Positions 1 through 9,318 of a DNA stretch of 64,000 nt are shown here, one piece after another; within the stretch, counting starts at the first letter, position 1, and the number at the start of each line of letters is the position of its first letter. A model generated the notes under the pieces. That model ran no database searches. It was not told the origin of the DNA and worked only from the letters and a program-made list of their open reading frames with translations. Location: NCBI GenBank assembly GCA_017302015.1, contig JAFLEE010000006.1:1-64000 (forward strand), given 5' to 3'. The position numbers and the translations under genes are program-made. The stretch comes from Spirochaetota bacterium (GTDB taxonomy: Bacteria > Spirochaetota > UBA12135 > COTS27 > JAFLEE01).

Positions 1-693
1 TTGATTGTCCGATGGCGCGGGGGGCGGGGTCAGGAGGGCGTTCTTGGCCGCTTCCTCCTCCGCCGCCTTCTTGGAACTGCCGCGACCGTCGCCCAGGCGG
101 GTTTCCCCGGCCCAGACCGAGACGCGGAAGACGCTCTTATGCCCGGGGCCCTCGACGGCGTCGACCCGGTATTCCGGGAGGGCGATGCCCCGCTTCAGGT
201 GGCTTTCCTGGAGGGCGCTCTTGGCGCTTCCCGCACGCTCTTCCCGGGCCAGGGCCTCGATCACGGGGGTGAAGAGCCGCCCCACGAGGCCGTGGGCGGC
301 CTCGAAGCCCTGGTCGAGGTAGACCGCGCCGACGATGGCCTCGAGGGCGTCTTCCAGGACCCTGGGGGTCACGGGGCCCATATGGCCGCGGCCCACGCGC
401 ACCCGGGTTTCGAGGCCGAGTTCGGCGGCGACGGACATCAGGGTGGGCCCGGAGACGGTCTTGGCCCGCAGCGAAGACAGGCGCCCTTCGGTGACATCGG
501 GAAAGAGGCGGTAGAGGTGGTCGCTGACGGAGAGGGCCAGCACGCTGTCGCCCAGGAACTCGAGGCGTTGGTTGCCGGGGCCGGCGGCCTTGCTCTCGTT
601 GGCGAGGCTCGGGTGCGTGAGGGCGGATTCGAGGAGGTGGGGGTCGGCGAAGCGCACGCCCAGGCGCGCCTCCAAATCCGTTCCCCCGGCCAC
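1..693 (-). CDS. rnc: Ribonuclease III, 3' end truncated by the window edge
   Basis: Minus-strand translation gives ...HPSLANESKAAGPGNQRLEFLGDSVLALSVSDHLYRLFPDVTEGRLSSLRAKTVSGP... This contains the RNase III signature ERLEFLGD and a C-terminal dsRBD-like tail. GTG start at 693 sits immediately next to the stop of the GNAT gene. No stop codon is reached before position 1. Confidence 0.8.
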   Translation of the reverse strand, partial: MAGGTDLEARLGVRFADPHLLESALTHPSLANESKAAGPGNQRLEFLGDSVLALSVSDHLYRLFPDVTEGRLSSLRAKTVSGPTLMSVAAELGLETRVRVGRGHMGPVTPRVLEDALEAIVGAVYLDQGFEAAHGLVGRLFTPVIEALAREERAGSAKSALQESHLKRGIALPEYRVDAVEGPGHKSVFRVSVWAGETRLGDGRGSSKKAAEEEAAKNALLTPPPAPSDNQ

Positions 694-695
694 GG

Positions 696-1166
696 TCAGA
701 GTTTGTGCGCGAGGCGGAAGATCTCCACCCCGGCGAGGAGGACGTCCTCCTCTTCCTTGAAGCTGAGTTTGAGGAGGATGGCCTTGGCGTTCTGCATGCG
801 GTGGTTGCCGGTGAAGATCACCTTGTGGTAGCCCTTTTCCTTGCAGAAGGCGTAGATCTTCTCCACGAGCTTGCGCCCCACCTTTTTGCCCCGCATATGG
901 GGGTGCACGAAAAGCCGGCGCATGAGGGCCGTCTTCCCGTCTTCTTCCTTCACGGCGGCGGTGCCCACGATCTTCCCGTCCATCTCGGCGACGAAGAACT
1001 CGTTGCGAGCCCCGGCGTAGATGCTCTCGATGTCGCGCAGGTCGGCGAGGTAATGCTCGGGGGGGAGATCCTTGAACTCGGTGGTCAGGATCGAAAGGAT
1101 GAGGCCGTAGACTTCTTCGCGATCTTCGGGCTTGAACTCGCGGATGGTGAGACGGGCTTGGGACAT
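696..1166 (-). CDS. GNAT family N-acetyltransferase
   Basis: 156 aa ORF. Contains the motif RRLFVHPHMRGKKVGRKLVEKIYAFCKEKGYHKVIF, which is typical of the acetyl-CoA-binding region of GNAT enzymes. Confidence 0.7.
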   Translation of the reverse strand: MSQARLTIREFKPEDREEVYGLILSILTTEFKDLPPEHYLADLRDIESIYAGARNEFFVAEMDGKIVGTAAVKEEDGKTALMRRLFVHPHMRGKKVGRKLVEKIYAFCKEKGYHKVIFTGNHRMQNAKAILLKLSFKEEEDVLLAGVEIFRLAHKL

Positions 1167-1228
1167 GGGTGGCTCCGAGGCCGAATCTTACCATCCGGCC
1201 CCGGGGGGGTGAACCGGGCCGGGGTCCC

Positions 1229-2698
1229 CTAGAGGCCTTTCCCGGTCTCCCGGTAATAGCGCCGCAGGAAGGGGTTTTCCACCAGGTCCAGGGGGATCTT
1301 CTTCCCTTCCCGCTTGGCGGCATCGATGCGGGCTTGCACGGCGCGGGCCCGGTCGTAGCGCGCGCGGTTTTCCGGGCTGCGCGCCACGTTGGCCTGGATG
1401 AGGGCGTTGATCTGCTCCTCCATCGTTTGGCAGGCCTCCTCCGCGGAGGTGACCTTGGAGAAATAGGCGTCGACGGCGTTGCGCTCCACCTTCTGGTACG
1501 GGTTATAGGCGACGAAGGGCGAGTACTCGCTGGGCGTGCCCAATTCGCTGGATTTTTCCTTGTAGACGCGGTGGGCGTTCCACTCGTTGGGCCAGGCCGG
1601 GGGCTTCCTGAAGGCGTCGCGTTCGCGGAACGAGGGGATGGGCGGCATCTGGTCGCCGTTCTCGGCGATCTCGAGGTTGTGCGGCTCGCTGGTGAGGTAG
1701 AGGAGGAAGTAACGGGCGAGTTTGTGGTTGGCGCTGCCGCTATAGAGGGCGGTGGCGTAGGTGCGGGAGACGGAATTGCGGTAGCCGCCGCTGGGGCACT
1801 CCGCGATGCCGAGGTCCACCGGCCCCGCGCACTCCCGGAGCGAGATGAGGATGGGCAGTCCGCTCCAGACCAGGGCCTGGGTGCCGTTGTGGAACAGGGA
1901 GGTCCAATTGCCTCCGCCCTTGCCCGATTCCACGCTGATGGATTCCGCCTCGGCCCGGGTGGCGAGGAAATGCTCGGTGTAGGTCCAATCGAAGATCTTC
2001 TTGAGGAGGGCGACGTGCTCCGGGCGGTTGAGGGCGCAGGCGGTGAGGGTTTCGTTGAAATAGCTCACTCCGTAGGACCGACGGAAGGTTTCCCGGTCGA
2101 CGTAGTTGATGAAGAAACTCCGCTGGGAGACCTTGCGGTCGCGGTTGGCCTTCTCGACATAGGCGCGCCCGTAGGCCTCGAACGCCTCGACCGTCCAGCG
2201 CTCGGGGGGCGGGGGCATGCCGATCTTGCGGAGCCAGGTGAGGTTGACGAAATAATAGCTCGTCCCGGCGTTCTGGGAGAAGCCCATGCGCTTCCCGGCG
2301 GCGAAGAGTTCGTTGCTGACCGTGGGGTCGTGGTTTTCGGGGGGCACCTTGAGGTCGGCCATGAGATCGTCGAGGGGCTGGACCATCCCGATCTGGTTGA
2401 GGTAGTGGAGATCCCAGCCGAAGAGGTTCATGATATCGGGGCCGACGCCCGCGGCGCCCTGGATGACGAGCTTCTGGAGGGAGCCGTTGATGTTGTCGAC
2501 CTTCACGTCCATGTCGGGGTAGCCGTTCTTCTTCAGCCACACCCGGTACTTGTCGACGGTGACCTGGCGGGTGATGTTATTGTCGGTGGCCCAGTAGAGC
2601 ACGGGAAGGCCGCCGGCCGCGCCGGAGGTGCGCTGGTAGACCATGAACTGGGAGAAGATGACGAGGATCGCCAAGAGGGCGAGGAACGCGTTTTTCAT
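1229..2698 (-). CDS. Extracellular solute-binding protein (ABC SBP family 1-like), paralog A
   Basis: 489 aa with an N-terminal TM/signal segment. The ...GPDI... region and size are typical of MalE-like SBPs. It is a tandem paralog of the next gene (collinear similarity along the whole length). Confidence 0.5.
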   Translation of the reverse strand: MKNAFLALLAILVIFSQFMVYQRTSGAAGGLPVLYWATDNNITRQVTVDKYRVWLKKNGYPDMDVKVDNINGSLQKLVIQGAAGVGPDIMNLFGWDLHYLNQIGMVQPLDDLMADLKVPPENHDPTVSNELFAAGKRMGFSQNAGTSYYFVNLTWLRKIGMPPPPERWTVEAFEAYGRAYVEKANRDRKVSQRSFFINYVDRETFRRSYGVSYFNETLTACALNRPEHVALLKKIFDWTYTEHFLATRAEAESISVESGKGGGNWTSLFHNGTQALVWSGLPILISLRECAGPVDLGIAECPSGGYRNSVSRTYATALYSGSANHKLARYFLLYLTSEPHNLEIAENGDQMPPIPSFRERDAFRKPPAWPNEWNAHRVYKEKSSELGTPSEYSPFVAYNPYQKVERNAVDAYFSKVTSAEEACQTMEEQINALIQANVARSPENRARYDRARAVQARIDAAKREGKKIPLDLVENPFLRRYYRETGKGL

Positions 2699-2715
2699 CT
2701 CGGGGTCTCCTCGGG

Positions 2716-4188
2716 TCAGATGCCGGCGCCGGTGTCTTTATAGTAGCGGTAGAGGAAGGGGTTCTGGACGAGGTTTAGGGGGATCTTCTTCCCCTCCTTC
2801 TTGAACTGGTCGATGCGCGCCTGTACTTCGAGCGCCTTGGCGCGGCGCGCGCGCAATTCGGCGCTGCGTTGGCAGGCCCGGGCGATGAGGTCGTTGATGC
2901 GCTCCTCGGCCTGGGCGCAGGCGGCTTCGGCGGTGGCCACGCGTGAGATGAAGGTATCCCAGGCCTTGTACTCCTCTTTTTGGGTCGGCGCATAGGCGAC
3001 CCAGGGGCTGTACTCGCTGGGGATGCCGAGTTCCTTCGCCTTGTCTTTGTACTGGCGGTGGGCGTCCCATTCGTTGGGCCAGGCGGCGGGCTTCAGGAAC
3101 GCGTCGCGTTCCCGGAAGGCGGGGATGGGGGGCATCTGGTCGCCGTTGTCGGCGATCTGCAGGTTATGCGGCTCGCTGGTGAGGTAGAGGAGGAAATAGC
3201 GGGCGAGTTTTTGGTTGCGGCTGCCGGAGTAGAGGGCGGCGGCGTAGGTGCGCGAGACCGAATTGCGGTAGCCGAGGTTGGGGCATTCGGCGATGCCCAG
3301 GTCGACGGGGGGCTGGATATCCCGCAGCATGATGAGGATGGGCAGGCCGCTCCACTGCATGGCGAAATAGCCGCGGTGGAAGAGCTGGGTGTAATTCCCC
3401 CCGCCCTTGCCCGCCTCCACCGAGAACGAGGCGGATTCGGCGGCGGTGGGGATGAACTTCTCGTCGTACATCCAGCGGTAGATGCGCTTGTAGAGGGCGA
3501 CGTACTCCGGCCGGTTCAGGGTGCAGGCGGTGAGGGTCTCATTGAAGATGCTGATGCCCGCGGAACGCCGCAGGGTTTCGCGGTCGACGGTGTTGATCAG
3601 GAAGGAGCGGACCTTCTCTTTGCGCCCCCGATTGGCCTTCGCCACGTATTCGCGGCCGTAGGCCTCGAACTGGTCGGGCGTCCACGATTCGGGGGGCATG
3701 GCCATGCCGATGGACCGCAGCCAGGTGCGGTTGACGAAATAGTACGAGGTGCCCGCGTTCTGGGAGAACCCGAGGCGCGCCGAGCCTTCCCAGAGGTCGT
3801 TGGAGACCATGGGGTCGTGGTTCTCCGCGGGAACGGGGAGGCCGGCGAACACGGGCCCGAGGTCGGCGATCATGCCGGTTTGGTTGAGGAATTTGAGGTC
3901 CCAGGCGAAGGCGTTGATGATGTCGGGGCCGACGCCGGCGACCCCCTGGATGACGAGCTTCTGGAGGGTGCCGTTGATGTTGTCGACCTTCACGTCCATG
4001 TCGGGGTAGCCGTTCTTCTTGAGCCAGGCCCGGTAGAGGTCGACGGTGCGCTGGCGGGTATTATTATTGTCGGTGGCCCAATAGAGGACCGGGATGCCCC
4101 CGGCGGCCGCGGCGGGCCGCGTCCGGTAGACGACCACCTGGGAGAACGCGACGAGGGCCGTCAGGATGGACAGGAACATGATGCGCAT
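2716..4188 (-). CDS. Extracellular solute-binding protein (ABC SBP family 1-like), paralog B
   Basis: 490 aa with an N-terminal signal/TM. The LPVLYWATDNN...DMDVKVDNING...LTSEPHNL blocks are shared with the 1229..2698 gene. Confidence 0.5.
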   Translation of the reverse strand: MRIMFLSILTALVAFSQVVVYRTRPAAAAGGIPVLYWATDNNNTRQRTVDLYRAWLKKNGYPDMDVKVDNINGTLQKLVIQGVAGVGPDIINAFAWDLKFLNQTGMIADLGPVFAGLPVPAENHDPMVSNDLWEGSARLGFSQNAGTSYYFVNRTWLRSIGMAMPPESWTPDQFEAYGREYVAKANRGRKEKVRSFLINTVDRETLRRSAGISIFNETLTACTLNRPEYVALYKRIYRWMYDEKFIPTAAESASFSVEAGKGGGNYTQLFHRGYFAMQWSGLPILIMLRDIQPPVDLGIAECPNLGYRNSVSRTYAAALYSGSRNQKLARYFLLYLTSEPHNLQIADNGDQMPPIPAFRERDAFLKPAAWPNEWDAHRQYKDKAKELGIPSEYSPWVAYAPTQKEEYKAWDTFISRVATAEAACAQAEERINDLIARACQRSAELRARRAKALEVQARIDQFKKEGKKIPLNLVQNPFLYRYYKDTGAGI

Positions 4189-4357
4189 GGAACCTCCAGG
4201 GGTCGCGGGGGGACATAAGCGGCGGGGGGTCTCGACGGGGCATCATACCCTTCGGCCAGGATCCCCTGCTTCCATTATGGTCCCGTTTGCCGAGGGGCGT
4301 CTTTGGCGTTTTGGCCCCGCCCTTTGCGCTTTAGGGCGGGAACGCATCGGGCGCGCC

Positions 4358-5911
4358 TCAGCCGACGGGCTTCCCGAAGAGGAGTTCGATGACCCGTTCG
4401 AGGGAAGGCTCCGTGCTCCGATAGGTATTGATCACCGTATCCATCGCGGCCTCGTATTCGGCGTGGACGTAGGGGTGGAAATGGCTGATGAAGACCACCG
4501 GCGTGCCGAGGCGCATCCAGCCCTGCATCATATTGCGCGCCACCGCCCCGTGGAGGCGGATGACGTTGACGCCGTAGGAGGCCCCGTTGCCGATGGAGCA
4601 GATGATGGCGTCCCAGCGGCCCTCCCCGACCTCCGCGAAGAGCCGGTCGGGGCCGGGATCGATGAGTTCCTCCACGCCCCCATGGCGCGCCCGCAGGAGT
4701 TCGGTGAAGCGGGAGAGGATCTTCTGGTTGGCCGCGAGGTCGTTGGTGAGGACGAGGTGGAGGATCTTCGAACCGGGGGGGATCCCGAGGGGGAGGGTGG
4801 CGGGGCGGTCGCGCACCACCTCGACGGCCCGCACGGCCATCTCCTTGGCCCAGGCGGCGTGGGCCCCGCGGTCGGCCGCATCGGGGGGCGCCCCGGTCCC
4901 GCCGCCCAAGCCCATCTGGGATTTCAGGGCGAGGATGCGCGCGGCCCGATGGCGCAGGGTGGGGAGTGTGAGGAGGCCGCTCTCCAGGCGCCGCTCCATC
5001 TCGTCGTAGAAGCGCCCGTCCATCTTGGGGAAGAGGAGGCAATCGCCCCCGCGCTCGAAGAAGGCGGCGCAGGCGTCCCAATAATTGAGGTAATTCACCA
5101 CGCCGCCCATATTGATGGCGTCGGAGACGACGAGGCCCCCGAAGCCCAATTCCCCGCGCAGGAGGTCGATCATGAGTTTGCGGGAGAGGGTCGCCGGCGG
5201 GAAGAGGCCGCGGGCGTCGGCGTCGTCGAAGGCGGGCAGCGCGATGTGCCCCGGCATGATCGCCATCACCCCCGCCTCGATGAGGCGCCGGAAGACCCGG
5301 CCCGATCCCAGCCGCCACGCCTCGCGGCCCAAGGGGTTGATGGAGGTGGTGAGGTGCTGGTCGAAGAGGCTGAAGCCGTCCCCCGGAAAATGCTTGGCGG
5401 TGGCCGCCATGCCGTGCTCCTGCATGCCGCGCACATAGGCGGAGGTGATGGCGATGACCTTCTCCGGGTCGCTCCCGGCGGAGCGGTAACTGACGATGGG
5501 ATCCTCGATCTCGCCGAGGAGGTCGGCGCAGGGGGCCAGGGACCAATTGAAGCCGACCTCCCGGCCTTCGAGGGCGGCGGCCTTCCCCATCTTCCACGCC
5601 AAATCCTCGTCGCCCACGCGCCCGCAGGCGAGCATGGAGGGGAAGCGGGTGCCGTCGGTGATCATGTTCCCCGGGCCGGCTTCCATGTCGGTCGTGACGA
5701 GGGGGGGGATCCGGCAGGCTTTCCGGAACGCCTCGATGCGGCGGCGGAGGTTCTCTCCGGGAGCGGGGTGGAAGAAGGCCGCCCCGTATTCCCGCTCCGG
5801 CACCGCGTCCCCGGCGAAATTGGGGCAGCAGACCTGATCGAGGAGCGCGTGGACCCCCATGGCCTCGGCCTGCGCGCGGTGGGTTTCATTCGGGGTGATC
5901 TGGAATTTCAT
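4358..5911 (-). CDS. Glycoside hydrolase family 3 protein (NagZ/beta-glucosidase-like), cytoplasmic
   Basis: 517 aa with the KHFPGDG motif of the GH3 N-terminal domain and a GLVVSDA block. No signal peptide. Confidence 0.7.
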   Translation of the reverse strand: MKFQITPNETHRAQAEAMGVHALLDQVCCPNFAGDAVPEREYGAAFFHPAPGENLRRRIEAFRKACRIPPLVTTDMEAGPGNMITDGTRFPSMLACGRVGDEDLAWKMGKAAALEGREVGFNWSLAPCADLLGEIEDPIVSYRSAGSDPEKVIAITSAYVRGMQEHGMAATAKHFPGDGFSLFDQHLTTSINPLGREAWRLGSGRVFRRLIEAGVMAIMPGHIALPAFDDADARGLFPPATLSRKLMIDLLRGELGFGGLVVSDAINMGGVVNYLNYWDACAAFFERGGDCLLFPKMDGRFYDEMERRLESGLLTLPTLRHRAARILALKSQMGLGGGTGAPPDAADRGAHAAWAKEMAVRAVEVVRDRPATLPLGIPPGSKILHLVLTNDLAANQKILSRFTELLRARHGGVEELIDPGPDRLFAEVGEGRWDAIICSIGNGASYGVNVIRLHGAVARNMMQGWMRLGTPVVFISHFHPYVHAEYEAAMDTVINTYRSTEPSLERVIELLFGKPVG

Positions 5912-5944
5912 CGGGGCTCCTGGGGCGATGGGCAGGGGGGTTAT

Positions 5945-7234
5945 TCAAAGCGGGGACGTTCGGGCCGGATCCGCGGCGGGGGCGCCCGCGCGCTCGCGGG
6001 AGGTTCGCGCGATCGACGCGTTGAAGCGGCGGACGAAGAGTTTCAATTTGTAGAGGTCGAGGGTGTTCTGGGTATCCGTGCGGATGACCTGGCTACTGGC
6101 CTTGGGATCCATGCGCACGGGGTCGCCGACGTCGAGGGCCGTGCGGTTGAGGACCATGGCGTGGTGCGCGACGATCGCCTTCTGCTTGCGCGCATGGGTG
6201 AGGACGAAGGAGGCCGAGTTGAGGAACTTGAAAAAAGTGTCGCCCGGGAGCCCGACCATGAGGTCGATCTTGTAGCGGATCGACGACCCGTCGAGTAGGC
6301 GCAGCCCCTCCTTGGTCTTTTCCGCGTCCCAGGGCCGGCCGCAGCGGCGCAGGACCTCCCCATCGGTGGATTGGAGCCCCAATTCGGCCCACACGGTGAA
6401 AGAGAAGGATTCCAGGATGGCGACGGTTTCCCGATCGATAAACTCGGGCTTGAGTTCCATGGACACGCGAAGCGGGCCCCGACGGTGGCGCTCGATCATG
6501 CCCAAGATCGCGCGCATGCGCCCCTTGTCGAGGTTGAAATTGGCGTCGAGGAGGGTCAGGTTCGGGAAGGTGAAATGCTCGAACAGGTAGGCGATCTGAT
6601 CCTCCAAAACGGGCAGGGAGACGCATCGGGTGGGGACTTGCGCATAGTAGCAATACGCGCAAGGAAAGGGGCAGCCCCGGGCCGTCTCCAATTTGACGAC
6701 GGCATAGCGCTTCTTCCCCCCCTGGCGGTAGGGGACGGGCAGGGCGTCGAGATCTTCGATGGGGCGCTCGGGGTTACGGCGCACGGCCCCGTTCTCCAGC
6801 CAAATCAGGTTTCGCACCTCGGAGGAGGCGCGTCGTCCCAGGAGATGCTCGAGGAGTTCGGCGAACGCGGCCTCGCCTTCCCCCTGGATGACGAAATCGA
6901 AGGCCGAGATGGCCCGCTCGTCCGCTTCGGGGCCGCCGAGCACCAGGCGGATCCCCGGTCTCAGGGCCCGGATCGCGCGGGCCACGTTGCGGATGATCTG
7001 GATGCTCCAGATATAGCCGGCGAACCCGACGAGATCCGGTTCCTTGAGGAGGATCCAGGAGATGGCCTTCTGTTCGACGCTCAGGTTGGTGTTATGGCTG
7101 AAGCGGCTCCCGTACGGGAATTCCTTGCACTCGATCTGGACGTCGAGCCGGCTTTGGGCGTATCCCTTGAGGGAGGCGAGGCCGAGCGGGAAGGAGTCTT
7201 CCTGGACGCTAAAGCTGAGCAATGCGATTTTCAT
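5945..7234 (-). CDS. B12-binding domain radical SAM protein
   Basis: 429 aa. The N-terminal Rossmann-like cobalamin-binding region is followed by ARGCPFPCAYCYY, which contains the CxxxCxxC radical SAM cluster motif. Confidence 0.75.
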   Translation of the reverse strand: MKIALLSFSVQEDSFPLGLASLKGYAQSRLDVQIECKEFPYGSRFSHNTNLSVEQKAISWILLKEPDLVGFAGYIWSIQIIRNVARAIRALRPGIRLVLGGPEADERAISAFDFVIQGEGEAAFAELLEHLLGRRASSEVRNLIWLENGAVRRNPERPIEDLDALPVPYRQGGKKRYAVVKLETARGCPFPCAYCYYAQVPTRCVSLPVLEDQIAYLFEHFTFPNLTLLDANFNLDKGRMRAILGMIERHRRGPLRVSMELKPEFIDRETVAILESFSFTVWAELGLQSTDGEVLRRCGRPWDAEKTKEGLRLLDGSSIRYKIDLMVGLPGDTFFKFLNSASFVLTHARKQKAIVAHHAMVLNRTALDVGDPVRMDPKASSQVIRTDTQNTLDLYKLKLFVRRFNASIARTSRERAGAPAADPARTSPL

Positions 7235-7640
7235 CGTCCAACCATGCTTGCAGTTCGGGTTCCACGCGCTCGATCGGCCGGGGCGTGAACCCCTCGCCCC
7301 GGTAGGCGCACCAGGGCGCGAGCCGGCACGCCCCGCATTCGGCGAAGGCGCGCGTTCCCCGCTCCTTCCTGAAAATCTCGACCATGTGCTGGATCTCGCC
7401 TTGGCAGAAGGGGATGCCCTGGGTGAGGGGATAGATCTCGTTGACGAGGAGTTCGGCGAAGAGATCGGGGAGGGTGTGGAGGAGACGATCGTCGCGGAAG
7501 CCGAGGATAAAGGATTCCTTCGGGAGGCGGCCTAAGTCGAAGGACTCGATGGGGATGGGATCGGGGAGCAACGGCGGTTCCGCGGGTCGTCTACGCGTCG
7601 CCCAAGCATACCCCTCCGCCGCGTCTTTATCAATGCCCAT
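7209..7640 (-). CDS. Hypothetical Cys-motif protein with a partial SPASM/twitch-like motif, overlapping the rSAM start
   Basis: 144 aa from ATG 7640. The C-terminal region reads GIPFCQGEIQH...FAECGACRLAPWCAYRGEG, which gives CX2CX5C plus one upstream Cys. The 3' end overlaps the rSAM start by 26 nt in a different frame. The longer annotated ORF up to 7940 is an antisense artefact over the divergent gene. Confidence 0.45.
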   Translation of the reverse strand: MGIDKDAAEGYAWATRRRPAEPPLLPDPIPIESFDLGRLPKESFILGFRDDRLLHTLPDLFAELLVNEIYPLTQGIPFCQGEIQHMVEIFRKERGTRAFAECGACRLAPWCAYRGEGFTPRPIERVEPELQAWLDDENRIAQL

Positions 7641-7682
7641 CCGCCATGCGACACTCCACGGGCCGCCCGACGCGCCCCCGCC

Positions 7683-9308
7683 ATGACCCAAAAATTGCTC
7701 GCGCTGCTGGTGGTCAATCTGCTCTGGGGCCTCATCCCCTGGCCGGCGGCCGAACTCTTCGGCGCCTATTCCTCCTTCCTCATCGTCTATGCGCGCTTCG
7801 TCTACTCCGCCCTCGCGCTCTTGGCCGCCACGGCCTTCCTCATCGTCTGGGTCAACCGCTGCGCCAAGGCGCCCATCACCGGGGGGACCCTCGCGCGGTA
7901 TCTGGCGGCGAGAAACGACGATTTCTTCGGCCTGCCCCAATGGGTCTACCTCCTCCTCGTCGCCGTCGTCGGGTTCAACGCCCAGATCGTGCTGTTCTTC
8001 TGGTGCCTCAAGACCCTCGGGGCCATCGCCACCTCGATCGGCTTCGTGCTGGCCCTCCTCATCGCGGCGGTGGTCAATTGGGGCGCGGGGAAGGAGGACA
8101 TGTCGCGGTTCAAAGTCCTCTACCTGGGGACCCTCTTCCTCGCCACGATCATCCTCGGGGCGATGAGTCCGACCACCGCGCCGGGGGGCTCCTTCGGGCC
8201 CGGGAACCTCCTGGTGCTCCTCGTCTTCGGCGCGGTCTACGGTTTCTTCTTCGTCACCAGCGCCGCCGATCGGATGGCCCCGGAGGAATACCGGTTCCTG
8301 CGCGACGCGCCGCGCTGGGTGCTCGTGCGCACCGTCTTCAAGATCGCCGTCATTTTCCTCGTGGCCGCGCTCACGCTGCCGCCGATCGTCTGGGCCCTGA
8401 AGGCGGCGGGGCTGCGGCCCGACCTCACCGCCGAGGCGGCCCGCTTCTTGCGGGAGTGGCCCCAGTGGTGGCGCCTGGGGGTGTCGGGCAGCGGCGTGGT
8501 GCTGATCGTGCTCTGCACCATCCTCCCGACCCTCTGGTTCTACGCGTTGGCCACCTCATGGCCCAAGCAATCCTCCTTCGACCTGTGGGCGGGGGTGCTG
8601 GCGACCACCGAACCGATGCTCAACATGGTCCTCGGGCTCCTCGTCCTCCACGAGGCGTTCCCCCTGCCCTGGCTTCTCGTCGCCATGGCCCTCATGGCCA
8701 TCTCGATCCTCACCCGCTACCTCAGCGAAACCGAATCGCAGGTTTCGGGCGTGGCCCTCATCGACGCCCGCTACGATCGCGGGCGGGCGCTGATGGAGCA
8801 CCTCTACGCCCTCGGGCCGGTTCGCCGGGTGGCGAGCCTCTTGGGCGAGCACGACCTCATGGTCGAGACGCTGTGCGCCTCCTCCCGCGAGTGGGGCGGG
8901 GCGATCCAGGAGATCGCGCGGTCCCCCGGCCTCGCGGCCCAGCGGACGCTCCTGTTGACCCGAATCGAATTCGACCGAGTCGTGCCCGACGCGCAGAAAG
9001 GCGTTTCGCCGCGGACTCGGAGCGCCCGGCGCGGGGCGAACCCGGCCACTGAGGAGGATGGCATGCCCGTTCGCATCGCGAGTTTCTTGAAGGTCGAAAG
9101 CGGGGCGACCGCGGGCGCCGTCGCCGCGCTCCGGGCCCTGCCCGAGGCCGTGCGCGTGCTCTCGATCACGGGGGAATACGACATCATCGTCGAGTTCGAG
9201 GCGCCCACGCCCGAGGATCTCAACGAGGTGCTCGTGAAGCGGGTCGAGGCCATCCCCGGCATCCTCGAACTCCGCTCCCATTTCGTGACGGCCGAGTGGG
9301 AGAAATGA
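7683..9308 (+). CDS. EamA/DMT-type membrane transporter fused to two C-terminal Lrp/AsnC ligand-binding (RAM) domains
   Basis: 541 aa. Residues ~1-340 are multi-pass hydrophobic with an EamA-like duplicated 5-TM pattern. The C-terminus carries two regions (VALIDARYDRG...LLTRIEF and VRIASFLKVESG...LRSHFVTAEWEK) with the AsnC-type RAM fold signature. Confidence 0.55.
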   Translation: MTQKLLALLVVNLLWGLIPWPAAELFGAYSSFLIVYARFVYSALALLAATAFLIVWVNRCAKAPITGGTLARYLAARNDDFFGLPQWVYLLLVAVVGFNAQIVLFFWCLKTLGAIATSIGFVLALLIAAVVNWGAGKEDMSRFKVLYLGTLFLATIILGAMSPTTAPGGSFGPGNLLVLLVFGAVYGFFFVTSAADRMAPEEYRFLRDAPRWVLVRTVFKIAVIFLVAALTLPPIVWALKAAGLRPDLTAEAARFLREWPQWWRLGVSGSGVVLIVLCTILPTLWFYALATSWPKQSSFDLWAGVLATTEPMLNMVLGLLVLHEAFPLPWLLVAMALMAISILTRYLSETESQVSGVALIDARYDRGRALMEHLYALGPVRRVASLLGEHDLMVETLCASSREWGGAIQEIARSPGLAAQRTLLLTRIEFDRVVPDAQKGVSPRTRSARRGANPATEEDGMPVRIASFLKVESGATAGAVAALRALPEAVRVLSITGEYDIIVEFEAPTPEDLNEVLVKRVEAIPGILELRSHFVTAEWEK

Positions 9309-9318
9309 GGAGCCCGCC

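Noticed and set aside
1-831. 276-aa plus-strand ORF at the window start
   Set aside because: It is the antisense shadow of the RNase III gene. The minus strand carries the unmistakable ERLEFLGD RNase III signature. The plus-strand product is Gly/Arg/Ala-rich with no motif.
4166-6298. 710-aa plus-strand ORF spanning the GH3 and rSAM genes
   Set aside because: It is antisense to two genes with clear family signatures (KHFPGDG, CPFPCAYC). Its Arg/Gly/Pro-rich low-complexity composition is typical of high-GC shadow ORFs.
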